This document shows positions 47,135-57,200 of a DNA stretch of 64,000 nucleotides, piece by piece. The number at the start of each line of letters is the position of its first letter. Within the stretch, counting starts at the first letter, position 1. The DNA is from Fimbriimonadales bacterium (lineage in GTDB: Bacteria; Armatimonadota; Fimbriimonadia; Fimbriimonadales; JABRVX01), in assembly GCA_045862955.1 (NCBI GenBank), contig BTVI01000001.1:32001-96000 (forward strand), written 5' to 3'. The position numbers and the translations under genes are program-made. Under the pieces are notes generated by a model. That model searched no databases. It worked only from the letters and a program-made list of their open reading frames with translations, and was not told the DNA's origin.

Positions 47135-48163
47135 GTGTCGAAACGCAAGACCATCGAAGACGTGGCGCGCCTGGCCGGGGTGAGCAAGGTCACCGTAAGC
47201 TATGTGCTGAACGGGCGAGCGGCACAGGCGAGGATCAGTGACGACACGGAAGTCCGGGTGCTCGCTGCAGCGCGAGACCTGGGCTACCGCCCGAACGCGC
47301 TCGCCAAGATGCTTCTGAGGCAAAGGACGGACTCTTTGGCCGTGGCGTTTCAGTATGCGACCTTCTTCTCGGCCTGGTCGAGCTTTACGTCGGAAGTAAT
47401 GCGTGGCGTGTGCGACGCGTGCGTGCAGGCCGGCATGGATTTGCTGTTACACACTCGCGGAACCGAAGGCAGCAGTGCCGACGCCGACACGCTATCGGAC
47501 GGCCGAGTGGACGGAGCCCTGATTCTGCGTGATGCCGACGACCCTACCCTTCTCGAGCTGATCCGGCGCAAGTTCCCTTGCGTGCTGTTCTTCACGCGTT
47601 CCAGTGATGCCGAAGTGCCGTTCGTGGATGCCGACAACTACGCGGGTGGCCGCATGGCAACGCAGCACCTGCTGAAGCTCGGCCACCGGCGCATCGGCAT
47701 GATTCGAGGCTCAGCGAGTTCCATCAGTTCGAACGACCGTTTCAACGGGTATCGCGACGCGCTGGAGATGGCCAAGATGGAAGTCGACCCTTCCTTGGTC
47801 CTAACACTCGAAACGCCGAGCGCCGATCCGACGGCTTTCATGGACCTAATGATGAGAGAAGACCGCCCGACCGCGCTCTTCGTGTGGTCGGACGACGTGG
47901 CGTTCGCCCTGTTGCGACGGCTCTCGGAGCTCGGGCTCTCGGTGCCCGATGACGTGTCGATCGTTGGCTTCGACAGCACGGAGGCCTGCGAGCGCGTGTC
48001 CCCCCCGTTGACGAGCGTGCGACAGCCCATTGTCGAGATGGCACGCGAGGCGACGCTGCTGTTGGTGTCTCTAGTTCGCCAGGAACCGGTTTCCCGAACC
48101 CAGATCATCTACCCGCCGTCTCTAGACGTGCGGCAGTCCACCGCGCCACCGAAGGCGCGGTAG
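47135..48163 (+). CDS. LacI family transcriptional regulator
   Basis: TIEDVARLAGVSKVTVSYVLN, LGYRPNALA, VPDDVSIVGFD, PPLTSVRQP. Confidence 0.97.
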   Translation: MSKRKTIEDVARLAGVSKVTVSYVLNGRAAQARISDDTEVRVLAAARDLGYRPNALAKMLLRQRTDSLAVAFQYATFFSAWSSFTSEVMRGVCDACVQAGMDLLLHTRGTEGSSADADTLSDGRVDGALILRDADDPTLLELIRRKFPCVLFFTRSSDAEVPFVDADNYAGGRMATQHLLKLGHRRIGMIRGSASSISSNDRFNGYRDALEMAKMEVDPSLVLTLETPSADPTAFMDLMMREDRPTALFVWSDDVAFALLRRLSELGLSVPDDVSIVGFDSTEACERVSPPLTSVRQPIVEMAREATLLLVSLVRQEPVSRTQIIYPPSLDVRQSTAPPKAR

Positions 48164-48182
48164 CTCAGTACGGAGGTTACAT

Positions 48183-48929
48183 ATGAGGCGAGTACGTCTT
48201 GCGTTTACCTTGATCGAGCTACTCGTAGTCATCGCAATCATTGCCATCCTAGCGGGAATCCTCTTCCCGGTCTTTGCGCGTGCGCGCACGTCGGCACAGA
48301 TCACTACCGCTCTCTCCAATATGAAGCAGATCGGGATCGGCGTGCACCTCTACACGGAGAACTATGACGGCGTGCTGTTCAAGATTCGCCACGAGAACGG
48401 GCGGAAGAGCTGGAAGCACGCCATCCAGCCGTACCTAAAGAACGCCGACGTGTTCCGAGACCCTATCAATCCTGCTGCCAAATTGCCGGACGAGCAGGCA
48501 GCGCAGACCAACCCGTTCAAGCCAACCTTCGTACGTGGGTACTTCTACTACCGACCGTTCTTCAAGACTGGTAACTGGCAAGACCTGGCCAATTACACCA
48601 TGCGATCGGTACACGAACCAGCTAGGGCACTGCTCATTGCCGAAAACAAGGACGTGTACCCTGACTACGGGCCGTGGATGCAGTACCTATACAACGGTCA
48701 GAACGGATGGAAGATCCCGAACTGGGGTGGTTTCAAATTCGAGGACAAGAGGATGGTAGTGATCTTCATGGACACTCACGCGAAGATCACTGGCCTTCGA
48801 GAAACCTGCCTTCCGGACGACGGCGAGAACATGTGGCAGTACACTCGTGGCAAGTACGTTTATCCGATAGACGGGAACGACACGAACATGCCCTGGCTCG
48901 ACACGTTCTGCTCGACGTTGCCTTTCTAG
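48183..48929 (+). CDS. Prepilin-type N-terminal cleavage/methylation protein (DUF1559-like)
   Basis: AFTLIELLVVIAIIAILAGILFPVFARAR, SNMKQIG; C-terminal VIFMDTHAK, a variant of the H-X9-DG motif. Confidence 0.9.
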   Translation: MRRVRLAFTLIELLVVIAIIAILAGILFPVFARARTSAQITTALSNMKQIGIGVHLYTENYDGVLFKIRHENGRKSWKHAIQPYLKNADVFRDPINPAAKLPDEQAAQTNPFKPTFVRGYFYYRPFFKTGNWQDLANYTMRSVHEPARALLIAENKDVYPDYGPWMQYLYNGQNGWKIPNWGGFKFEDKRMVVIFMDTHAKITGLRETCLPDDGENMWQYTRGKYVYPIDGNDTNMPWLDTFCSTLPF

Positions 48930-48953
48930 CCGCCTGGGCAGGACACACCGGAC

Positions 48954-50306
48954 GTGTTCTCAGTCGCTTTGGGAGCAATCTTATGGGCAAGTGTCACCGG
49001 TGCTCGCGGTGACCTTGCCCTTCTCGATTCGCTCTCGCGCTCGGCCTTTCGCTACTTCTGGGAGCAGTCCAACCCTACCACCGGATTCACGAAAGACCGG
49101 GCACGCAATTCGGAGCAGGGAGATCTCTATGACATCGCGAGTGTGGCTGCCACCGGTTTCGCGCTCGCTGCGTACCCGATCGGCGTCGAGCGCACGTGGG
49201 TGAGTCGCGAGGCCGCCCTCGAGCGGACGCTGCGTACCCTGAAGGCCCTGCGAGATGTGGCGCCGAGGGAGCATGGCTGGTTCTACCATTGGTTTCACTG
49301 GCAGACCGGCGAGCGCATCTGGCAGTGCGAGGTATCCAGCATTGACAGTGCCATTCTCTTTGCTGGCATGATCGTGGCCGAGCGTTACTTCGCGGATGAG
49401 AATGTCACACGACTGGTTGGGGCGATCCTGGACGACGTGGACTGGATGTGGATGCTCACGGACGGCGGTGACCGACCGCAATCCCTTACCTTTAGTCACG
49501 GATGGACGCCGGAAATGGGCTTCCTTTCAGTTCGGTGGGGCTCGTACTGCGAGCACATGATTCTATATATCCTAGGCCTCGGCTCCGATGACAGGGTGCC
49601 CGCTGGCGTCTGGGAGGCATGGGTGCGACCCGTGGTTACCATCGAGGGGTACGACATGCTTGCCGGCGGGCCCCTGTTCATGCATCAGCTATCACACGTG
49701 TTCGTGGACTTCCGAGACCGACGCGATAGGCTCGGATACGACTACTGGGTGTCTAGCAGGAACGCGACTTTGGCCAATCGTCAATACTGCCACACGAATC
49801 CGAAGGGCTTCCACGGGTACGATGAAGACGTGTGGGGTCTCTCCGCGAGTGATCACCCCGAGGGCTACACGGCGCACGGGCTTCCCCCGTGGGGCGACGA
49901 CAACGGGACGATAGCACCTAGCAGCGCAGTCGCATCGGTGTTCCTGTGCCCGGAAGAGAGCATGGCAGCGGCACGAGCGATTGCCGAGCGGTATCCCTCC
50001 ATCCTCGGCAGGTATGGCTTCAGCATCGCGTTCAACCCGACTCGTGAGTGGGTATCGCCCGACGTGGTCGGCATTGACCTAGGTATGATGTTGTTAGGTA
50101 TCGAGAGCTACCGCACGGGGCTTCCACAACGGCTGTTCATGAGCCACCCCGTTGGGCAGCTGGGCATGCAACGGGCTGGGCTGAGGGTGACCACGGAGGG
50201 CCCGGCTTCGCTTCGCCGGCTGTGGCTTGCGCCCTCGGCGCCTGCTGGGAGAACATCGCCGGCCCTGCGCCGCCTCCAACCTCGCACCGCTTTCGGGGGC
50301 TGGTAG
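48954..50306 (+). CDS. GH144-like endo-beta-1,2-glucanase, paralogue B
   Basis: Signal peptide; same motif series as paralogue A (FWEQSNPTTGFTKDRA, EVSSID, GPLFMHQ, GIDLGMML). Confidence 0.82.
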   Translation: MFSVALGAILWASVTGARGDLALLDSLSRSAFRYFWEQSNPTTGFTKDRARNSEQGDLYDIASVAATGFALAAYPIGVERTWVSREAALERTLRTLKALRDVAPREHGWFYHWFHWQTGERIWQCEVSSIDSAILFAGMIVAERYFADENVTRLVGAILDDVDWMWMLTDGGDRPQSLTFSHGWTPEMGFLSVRWGSYCEHMILYILGLGSDDRVPAGVWEAWVRPVVTIEGYDMLAGGPLFMHQLSHVFVDFRDRRDRLGYDYWVSSRNATLANRQYCHTNPKGFHGYDEDVWGLSASDHPEGYTAHGLPPWGDDNGTIAPSSAVASVFLCPEESMAAARAIAERYPSILGRYGFSIAFNPTREWVSPDVVGIDLGMMLLGIESYRTGLPQRLFMSHPVGQLGMQRAGLRVTTEGPASLRRLWLAPSAPAGRTSPALRRLQPRTAFGGW

Positions 50307-50382
50307 GGTGCACTCCGATGTCATGACTCCCTCGTGCACTCGACAGGCACATTGCTACCAGGCTCGCCACGATTCCGACGCC

Positions 50383-50863
50383 GCCATGCTGAGTTTGTCG
50401 AGGATGGCCGACTACCCGGTTCGACCCGGCTCCGTCATGCCGAGCCTGTCAGGGGCATACCACCACCCGAATCGTTGCAGGTCCGACGCAGCCGTGCCGA
50501 GGTCATCGAAGCCCAGTTGCAGCCCAACCCGCTCCGACACCGTCATGCTGAGCCTGTCGGTGGCATGTCACCACCCGAATCGTTGCAGGCTCGATGCAGC
50601 CGTGCAGAGATCATCGAAGCCCAGTCGCAGCCCAGCCCGCTCCGACACCGCCATGCCGAGCCTGTCAGGGGCATACCACCACCCGAATCGTTGCAGGTCC
50701 GACGCAGCCGTGCCGAGATCATCGAAGCCCAGTCGCAGCCCAACCCGCTCCGACACCGTCATGCTGAGCCTGTCGAAGCATGCGGACACCTGCCGCACCC
50801 TATCTCCGTCGTGCCGATTGGTCGCGGCTAGGGATGTCATGCTTCGACAGGCTCAGCATGACG
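50383..50863. repeat. REP/REPIN-like array: five direct and one inverted copy of GTCATGCTGAGCCTGTCGAAGCAT, within 108-nt tandem units
   Basis: Copies start at 50383, 50434, 50542, 50650 and 50758 (108-nt period from 50434); perfect 26-bp inverted repeat 50757-50782 / 50838-50863. Confidence 0.88.
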
Positions 50864-50867
50864 GGTT

Positions 50868-50942
50868 GATACCGGAGCCTCCGATGACTCGGATACCGGA
50901 ACCTCCGATGACTCGGATACCGGAGCCTCCGATGACTTGGAT
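50868..50942 (+). repeat. 24-nt tandem repeat x3
   Basis: gataccgga[g/a]cctccgatgact[c/t]g x3; each copy contains an in-frame ATG (50884, 50908, 50932). Confidence 0.9.
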
Positions 50943-53352
50943 GGTTGGCTGTCCCTACGTGGCCCTACTCCTCAAGCTCCTCGTGCTCGTTGTCATGCTG
51001 CTCGTTGCCTGCGCAGTTGCAGCGGAAGACGTGCATCTGAGGTTCGTCGTGTTCGACGGCGACCAGGGCTTGCGTGTGCTGCGCGAGGTCGTGCGCGAGT
51101 TCGAGAAGGTCCATCCCGGAATCAAGGTCAGCTTGGAAAACGTACCCTACGGCTCGTACTTCCAGAAGCTGTTAGCGCAGTATGCGGCCAACGTTGCGCC
51201 GGACGTCGCCATGATGGACTTCGTCAGTTTCCAGAAGCTGGCACGACGCAAGGCCATTCTCCCGCTCAACCAATTCTTCGAACAGACACCCGGGTTCGAT
51301 ATCAACGAGTACTACCGGCCCATCGTACAGGCGCATTCATTGGGTGGTCAGCTATACGTATTGCCTCGCGACATAGCACCCATCGGACTAATCTATTACA
51401 ACAAGAAGATCTTCGACGAAGCGGGGCTACCGTACCCGGATGGAAGCTGGACTTGGGACTTCGAGCCTCGACCGCACCTCCGCGAGAAGTGCTTCACCTG
51501 GACCATGCAGTACCTCACGAAGCGCGACGCGCAGGGACGGATCGTGCACTGGGGCTTCACGCCCGGATGGATGACTGCGTTCGCCGACTTATGCACCTTC
51601 TCGACGGGCGCGCGATATGCAGATGACAACGAGTCGGTTCGACGGGTGCTCTACGACGATCCGAGGGTAATACGCGCATACCAATTCGTTGCCGACTGCG
51701 CGCTGAAGCATCACTGGATGCCTACGCCGACCGAGATCACGTCAGTTATGCAATCCAACGCCTCGCAGCTATTCCTCAGCGGCAAAGTCGCGATGTTTCA
51801 GTCCGGCATCTGGGAGGTGCCTCGGTTCCGGGAGGTATTGCGCCCTGGGGCGGAGGGCTTCTTCGAGTGGGATATCACGCTAGCACCAGCCTTCAAGGAT
51901 GGCACGCGCGCGGCGCCTACCGGCGGATCGGGTTATTCGATCATGTCATCCACGAGGCACCCGAGAGAGGCCTGGTTGCTTACCAAGTGGATGGCAGGAG
52001 AACCGGGCATGGTAGCGATGGCACGAGCCGGTCTCGCTCAACCTGCTATCCGGAGGCTGGCCATCCGCGAGCCGTGGATTCCGGGACCTAACACTCCAGT
52101 CGAACAACGATACCCAGCGAACCGCATCGTCACCGACCAGGCAGTACCCTACGTCGTGTTTCCACCCACCTCGGATAAGTGGCCGGAAGTAAGCAGCTAC
52201 GTTGCGAGCGAGATCGAGCGCATTTTCAATGGAACCTCTACTGCAGAAGAGGCGCTTCGCCGCGGCACCGCACGAGCACAAGCGAGACTAGACACCCTCT
52301 TGAAGGAGGAGCGCCTGCCCAAGTTCGACTGGTGGCTGGGAGGTGCCCTATGCACGGGACTGCTCGCCGCCGCCGTCGGCTGGGTGTATTGGCCAGAGCG
52401 AGGACGTCGGCTTACACGAAGAGAGAAGGCCGACAACCGCGCTGGCTACCTACTTATCAGTCCGTGGATCATCGGCATGATAGTGTTTACTGCAGGCCCG
52501 ATGGTGCTCTCCCTGCTTATGAGTCTGTCCGACTGGGATATTATCCAACCTGCGAAGTGGCGAGGTGTGCAGAACTATGTCGAGGCTTTCGGTGAGGATC
52601 CGCGCTTCTGGATCACGCTGAGGGTTTCCGCGGTCTACACGCTGGTATCGGTTCCCCTCGGTATCATCGGGGCGCTGATGCTCGCGTTGCTGCTGAACAC
52701 CAAGGTCCGTGGTATGCCAATCTACCGCACCTGCTTCTACCTTCCCGCGCTGGCGAGTACGGTTGCGTCGGCCCTCATCTGGCGCCGCATCTTCCAGCCC
52801 GAGGGGGGACTGCTGAATCTGCTCATCTACGGCGCGGACGGCAAAGGCAACTTTCTCGGGCTTGCCACCTTGCTCTCACCGTTCTCCACCGATGGTCAGC
52901 CCGTCAACTGGCTCGGCAACGAGCACCTGGCGCTCCCCGCACTCATCATCATGTCACTGTGGGGAGTAGGTGGTGGAATGGTCATCCTGCTAGCCGGCTT
53001 GCAAGGCATTCCGGAGTTCTACTATGAGGCGGCGACGCTGGATGGTGCTGGCTGGTGGGCACGGTTTCGCGCAATCACCCTACCGCTCCTAAGCCCTTCC
53101 CTATTCTTCACTCTGGTAACGGGTGTGATCGGTAGCTTTCAGGTGTTTACGCAGGCATTCGTCATGACCGGTGGAGGTCCGAACGACGCGACGCGCTTCT
53201 ACATGTTGCACCTCTACGAGCAGGCTTTCGGCTCGCTGCGCATGGGATACGCCTCCGCCCTCGCATGGGTGCTCTTCGTAGTAATCCTGGGCTTCACCCT
53301 GCTGCAGTTCCAGCTCAACCGAATCGTGTACTACGAGGCGGGCGGACGATGA
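50932..53352 (+). CDS. Sugar ABC transporter substrate-binding protein fused to a permease (CUT1 family)
   Basis: Signal-like region; SBP_bac_1-like motifs (FEKVHPGIKV, APDV, YYNKKIFD); permease GYLLISPW, WLG, LAGLQGIP..YEAATLDGA. Start is uncertain; the ORF-track start 50227 runs through the repeats. Confidence 0.88.
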   Translation: MTWMVGCPYVALLLKLLVLVVMLLVACAVAAEDVHLRFVVFDGDQGLRVLREVVREFEKVHPGIKVSLENVPYGSYFQKLLAQYAANVAPDVAMMDFVSFQKLARRKAILPLNQFFEQTPGFDINEYYRPIVQAHSLGGQLYVLPRDIAPIGLIYYNKKIFDEAGLPYPDGSWTWDFEPRPHLREKCFTWTMQYLTKRDAQGRIVHWGFTPGWMTAFADLCTFSTGARYADDNESVRRVLYDDPRVIRAYQFVADCALKHHWMPTPTEITSVMQSNASQLFLSGKVAMFQSGIWEVPRFREVLRPGAEGFFEWDITLAPAFKDGTRAAPTGGSGYSIMSSTRHPREAWLLTKWMAGEPGMVAMARAGLAQPAIRRLAIREPWIPGPNTPVEQRYPANRIVTDQAVPYVVFPPTSDKWPEVSSYVASEIERIFNGTSTAEEALRRGTARAQARLDTLLKEERLPKFDWWLGGALCTGLLAAAVGWVYWPERGRRLTRREKADNRAGYLLISPWIIGMIVFTAGPMVLSLLMSLSDWDIIQPAKWRGVQNYVEAFGEDPRFWITLRVSAVYTLVSVPLGIIGALMLALLLNTKVRGMPIYRTCFYLPALASTVASALIWRRIFQPEGGLLNLLIYGADGKGNFLGLATLLSPFSTDGQPVNWLGNEHLALPALIIMSLWGVGGGMVILLAGLQGIPEFYYEAATLDGAGWWARFRAITLPLLSPSLFFTLVTGVIGSFQVFTQAFVMTGGGPNDATRFYMLHLYEQAFGSLRMGYASALAWVLFVVILGFTLLQFQLNRIVYYEAGGR

Positions 53353-54209
53353 GCCGACGAGGACACGACCCAATGCTGCTGATCCCGCACCTGGGCAAGT
53401 TCTTGGTGCTCGGGCTGTTGGTGGTGGGGTCATTGGTGTTCCTCACGCCGTTCTACATCTCGGTAACCATGTCGCTCAAGTCCGCTGCCGAAGTAGCACA
53501 GACGTCGGTGTGGTCGCTGCCTAAATCGGTGACTCTGGAAAACTACCGCGAGGTGTTAGCCAACCCGAATGTCAGCTTCCTGCTCTTCTTTCGAAATACG
53601 GTAGTGATCGCTGGGTTCTCCACGTTGGGAGTGGTGCTCAGCTCTAGCATGGTAGCCTACGCATTTGCTAGGGTGCAATTTCGAGGGCGCGACAGGCTCT
53701 TCATCGTACTGCTGAGCACGATGATGCTGCCCGGCATTGTGACGATGATCCCTACTTACGTGCTGTACAAGTATCTGCACTGGGTGAATACCTTCTATCC
53801 CCTCACGGTACCTGCTTTCTTGGGTGGAGGGGCGTTCAACGTGTTCCTTCTGCGGCAGTTCTTCTTGAGCGTGCCGGTCGAGTTGGACGAAGCGGCGAAG
53901 CTAGATGGAGCCTCGCACTGGACGATCCTTACTCGCATAATCATGCCGCTGTCTGGTCCTGCGCTTGCCACGGTGGGTGTGTTCACGTTCATCGGTAGTT
54001 GGCGCGACTTTATGGGACCGCTCATCTACCTGAACGATGTGAACAAACAGACGCTGGAGCTCGGCCTTAGTACCTACGCCTCGCTCCGAGCGGAGCAGTG
54101 GCATCTGTTAATGGCAGGTAGTGTACTCGTAACGATCCCGCTCATCATCATCTTCCTGATCGGCCAACGATACTTCGTCAAGGGGATCGTGATGAGCGGC
54201 ATGAAATAG
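53349..54209 (+). CDS. Carbohydrate ABC transporter permease
   Basis: AYAFAR..FRGRD, FLLRQFF..ELDEAAKLDGA, QRYFVKGI; ATGA overlap with the upstream gene. Confidence 0.95.
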   Translation: MSRRGHDPMLLIPHLGKFLVLGLLVVGSLVFLTPFYISVTMSLKSAAEVAQTSVWSLPKSVTLENYREVLANPNVSFLLFFRNTVVIAGFSTLGVVLSSSMVAYAFARVQFRGRDRLFIVLLSTMMLPGIVTMIPTYVLYKYLHWVNTFYPLTVPAFLGGGAFNVFLLRQFFLSVPVELDEAAKLDGASHWTILTRIIMPLSGPALATVGVFTFIGSWRDFMGPLIYLNDVNKQTLELGLSTYASLRAEQWHLLMAGSVLVTIPLIIIFLIGQRYFVKGIVMSGMK

Positions 54210-54217
54210 GTGCTGTC

Positions 54218-57200
54218 ATGATCGCATTCGTTGTCGCACTCTCGCTCAGTGCCGTATCCCAGGAAACAGCTCGGCTAGACGACTTCGAAGATCTATCGTC
54301 CTGGAGGCCTATCACCTCCGAGGGAGTGGTGCTTCGCCTATCCCAGGCGGAAGGGAGGACCGGCAAGGCGCTTCGCATGGAGTACGACTTTCAGGGCCGG
54401 GGCGGATTCGTGATTGCCGAGAAGCGTATCTCCCTGCCCCTACCCGAGAACTACGAGTTCAGCTTCTGGATACGGGGAAAGTCGCCGGTCAACAACCTGG
54501 AGTTCAAGCTAGGCGATGAGAGCGGCGAGAACGTGTGGTGGAACAACCAGATCGGCTACGAGTTCCCCAGCGAGTGGACGCAGGTGCGGCTACGGAAGCG
54601 ACACATCCGCTTCGCATGGGGGCCTCGAGGTGGAGGGGACTTGCAGAAAGCTGTCACCCTGCAGTTCGTAGTTGCCGCATACACCGGCGGCAAGGGGGAG
54701 GTACTCTTCGACGACCTTCGGTTTCGCGAGCTTCCACCTGTTAGGAGTTACTCCGGTGTGCCTGCGGTGTCTGCGTCGAGCGAGGTGCGCGGCTTCCCGG
54801 CTCGCAACGTGACTAGTGGGGATCGCGGTTGGCGTTCTACTACCACGGGCGAACAATGGATAGCGCTCGACTTCGGCCAGCAGCGTGAGTTCGGCGGTCT
54901 CGTGCTGCGATGGGATGAACAGAGGTATCCCACCCGATTCCGCATCGAGGGCTCTGATGATGGACGGTCTTGGAGCACACTGGAGGAGGTGGCGCAAGCG
55001 GCGGGTGGAACGACCTACCACTATCTGCCCGACTCGGAGGCACGACACCTTCGCATCGTGATGCATGACGGGCCCGGTGGTTGCTACCACCTGAATGCCC
55101 TGGAAGTGAAGGATTTGTCCTTCGGTGACGGGCACAACGCCTTCTTCAGAGCGATTGCCAAGGATCACCCACTCGGTTGGTTTCCGCGAACGACGCGTGG
55201 GGAGGCAGGGTATTGGACGGTGGTAGGCGCTGCAGGCGGGCAACGCGAGGCACTAATCAGCGAGGATGGTGCAGTCGAGCTGGACAAACGCAGCCTCTCG
55301 CTGGAACCGATGCTGTATGCAGACGGCAGGCTATGGACGTGGGCCGATGGGCAGACCACCCAAGGACTAGACGGTGACACCCTACCCCTGCCCTTCGTGA
55401 CACGAAGCCACGGGTCATTCGAGCTTCGAGTGACACCGTTCATGACCGAAGATGATTCGGAGACCCTTTGCGTTACCTATGAGATCGCAAACCGAAGCCC
55501 AGATACGCGAACATGCACGCTCTACGTCGCATTGCGACCGTTTCAGGTGAATCCACCATACCAGATGCTGAACACGATAGGTGGGGTGACACCGATTCGC
55601 CGCCTGTCACTCTCGCGCGATCAGGCACTCATCAACGACTCGGTTCGGCTGGAATCCGTCCCACCGGCCACGCGCGTCGGCGCCGCCCCGTTTCATGTGG
55701 GTGATATCACCAAGTACCTGGCGCAGAACTCCCTGCCCGACCGCGACGATTTGACGGACAGCTTCGGGTTTGCATCGGGAGCCTTCGCTTACGACCTGCA
55801 ACTTCGGCCCTGGGAGCGCATGAGCGTCACGCTGGTCTCGCCACACTCCGACAAACCGACGGCGCTTCGTACTCAGAGAGATCTAGACATCCAGCGCATG
55901 AGGGCTCGCGGTGTGTGGCGTGCGAAGGAGGCTGGCGCAGCCGTCTCACTGCCAACGGCCGTAAGAGACTATGAGCGGCTGCTGAAGGCCAACATAGCGT
56001 ACATACTCGTGAATCGGGACGGACCGGGCATCCAGCCCGGCTCGCGCTCCTATGAGCGCTCTTGGATGCGCGACGGCGCGCTAACATCGGCTGCACTCTT
56101 ACGGTGGGGATGCACCGAGGAGGTCCGGCAGTTCATCGAGTGGTTCGCATCGTACATCCCGCCAAACGGCGCGGTGCCCTGCGTGGTGGACCGCCGCGGT
56201 GCCGACCCGGTGCCGGAGCACGATAGCCACGGGCAGTTCCTGTACATCGTGGCCGAGTACTACCGATTCACGAAAGACCACGAGTTCTTGGAGCGCATAT
56301 ACCCCACCGTGTGTAAGGTGGTGGATCACATCCGCACGCTGCGCGCGAAGCGCATGACGTCGGAGTATCAGACCGAGGAAAAGCGTGCCTACTATGGGCT
56401 GATACCCGAGTCGATTAGCCACGAAGGATACTCCGCCAAGCCCATGCACTCCTACTGGGACTGCTTCTTCATCGCCAGGGGCCTGCGCGACGTGGTCGAG
56501 ATTGCACGCGCTCTCGGAAAGAACGACGAGGCGGATGACTTTGCAGCCCTCGCCGCCGACTTCAGTCGAAGTCTTCGAAACTCGCTGGATCTAACCATCG
56601 AGAAGCACGGCATAGACTTCGTGCCGGGGTGTGTAGAGCTCGGTGACTTCGATCCTACGTCCACTGCCATCGGTGTATTCCCGTGTGCAGTAACGGACTG
56701 TGTGCCGGCAGAAGCCCTCGAGCGCACCTTCGACCGGTACATGGAGTTCCACCGGGACCGTGCGTCGGGCCGCAAGCCGTGGGACGTCTACACCCCCTAC
56801 GAAATCCGGATCGCGAGCGCCCTACTTCTGATGGGTCGGCGGGACCAGGCGCACGAGATACTCGGCTTCTTCCGAACGCACGTTCGGCCACCAGGCTGGC
56901 TCCACTGGGCCGAAGTAGTGCGGCGCGATCCGCGGAAGCCTGGCTTCATCGGCGACATTCCCCACACTTGGGTCGGGTCGGAGTTCGTCAAGTTCGTGCG
57001 CAACGTGCTGGTGTACGAGGACGACGACCGCGGCGCTCTGGTTCTGGGTGCGGGCATCCTGGCGGCTTGGTTCCAGGACGGAGAGTGCATAAAGGTGGCA
57101 GGATTGCCGACTCACTTCGGTAAGGTCTCCTACGAGGTTGCTGCCGAGGACGACGTCATCGTGTTCTCGGTGCGCCAAGCCCCCGCAGCCCCTGGCGGCA

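Noticed and set aside
50383..50863. CRISPR array (regularly spaced ~24-nt palindromic repeats)
   Set aside because: The intervening ~84-nt segments are near-identical copies rather than unique spacers, the repeats are degenerate, one copy is inverted, and there are no cas genes.
50227..50931. 235-aa N-terminal extension of the SBP-permease
   Set aside because: It is translated REP-type repeats overlapping the upstream gene; the signal-like segment begins only after about 50932.
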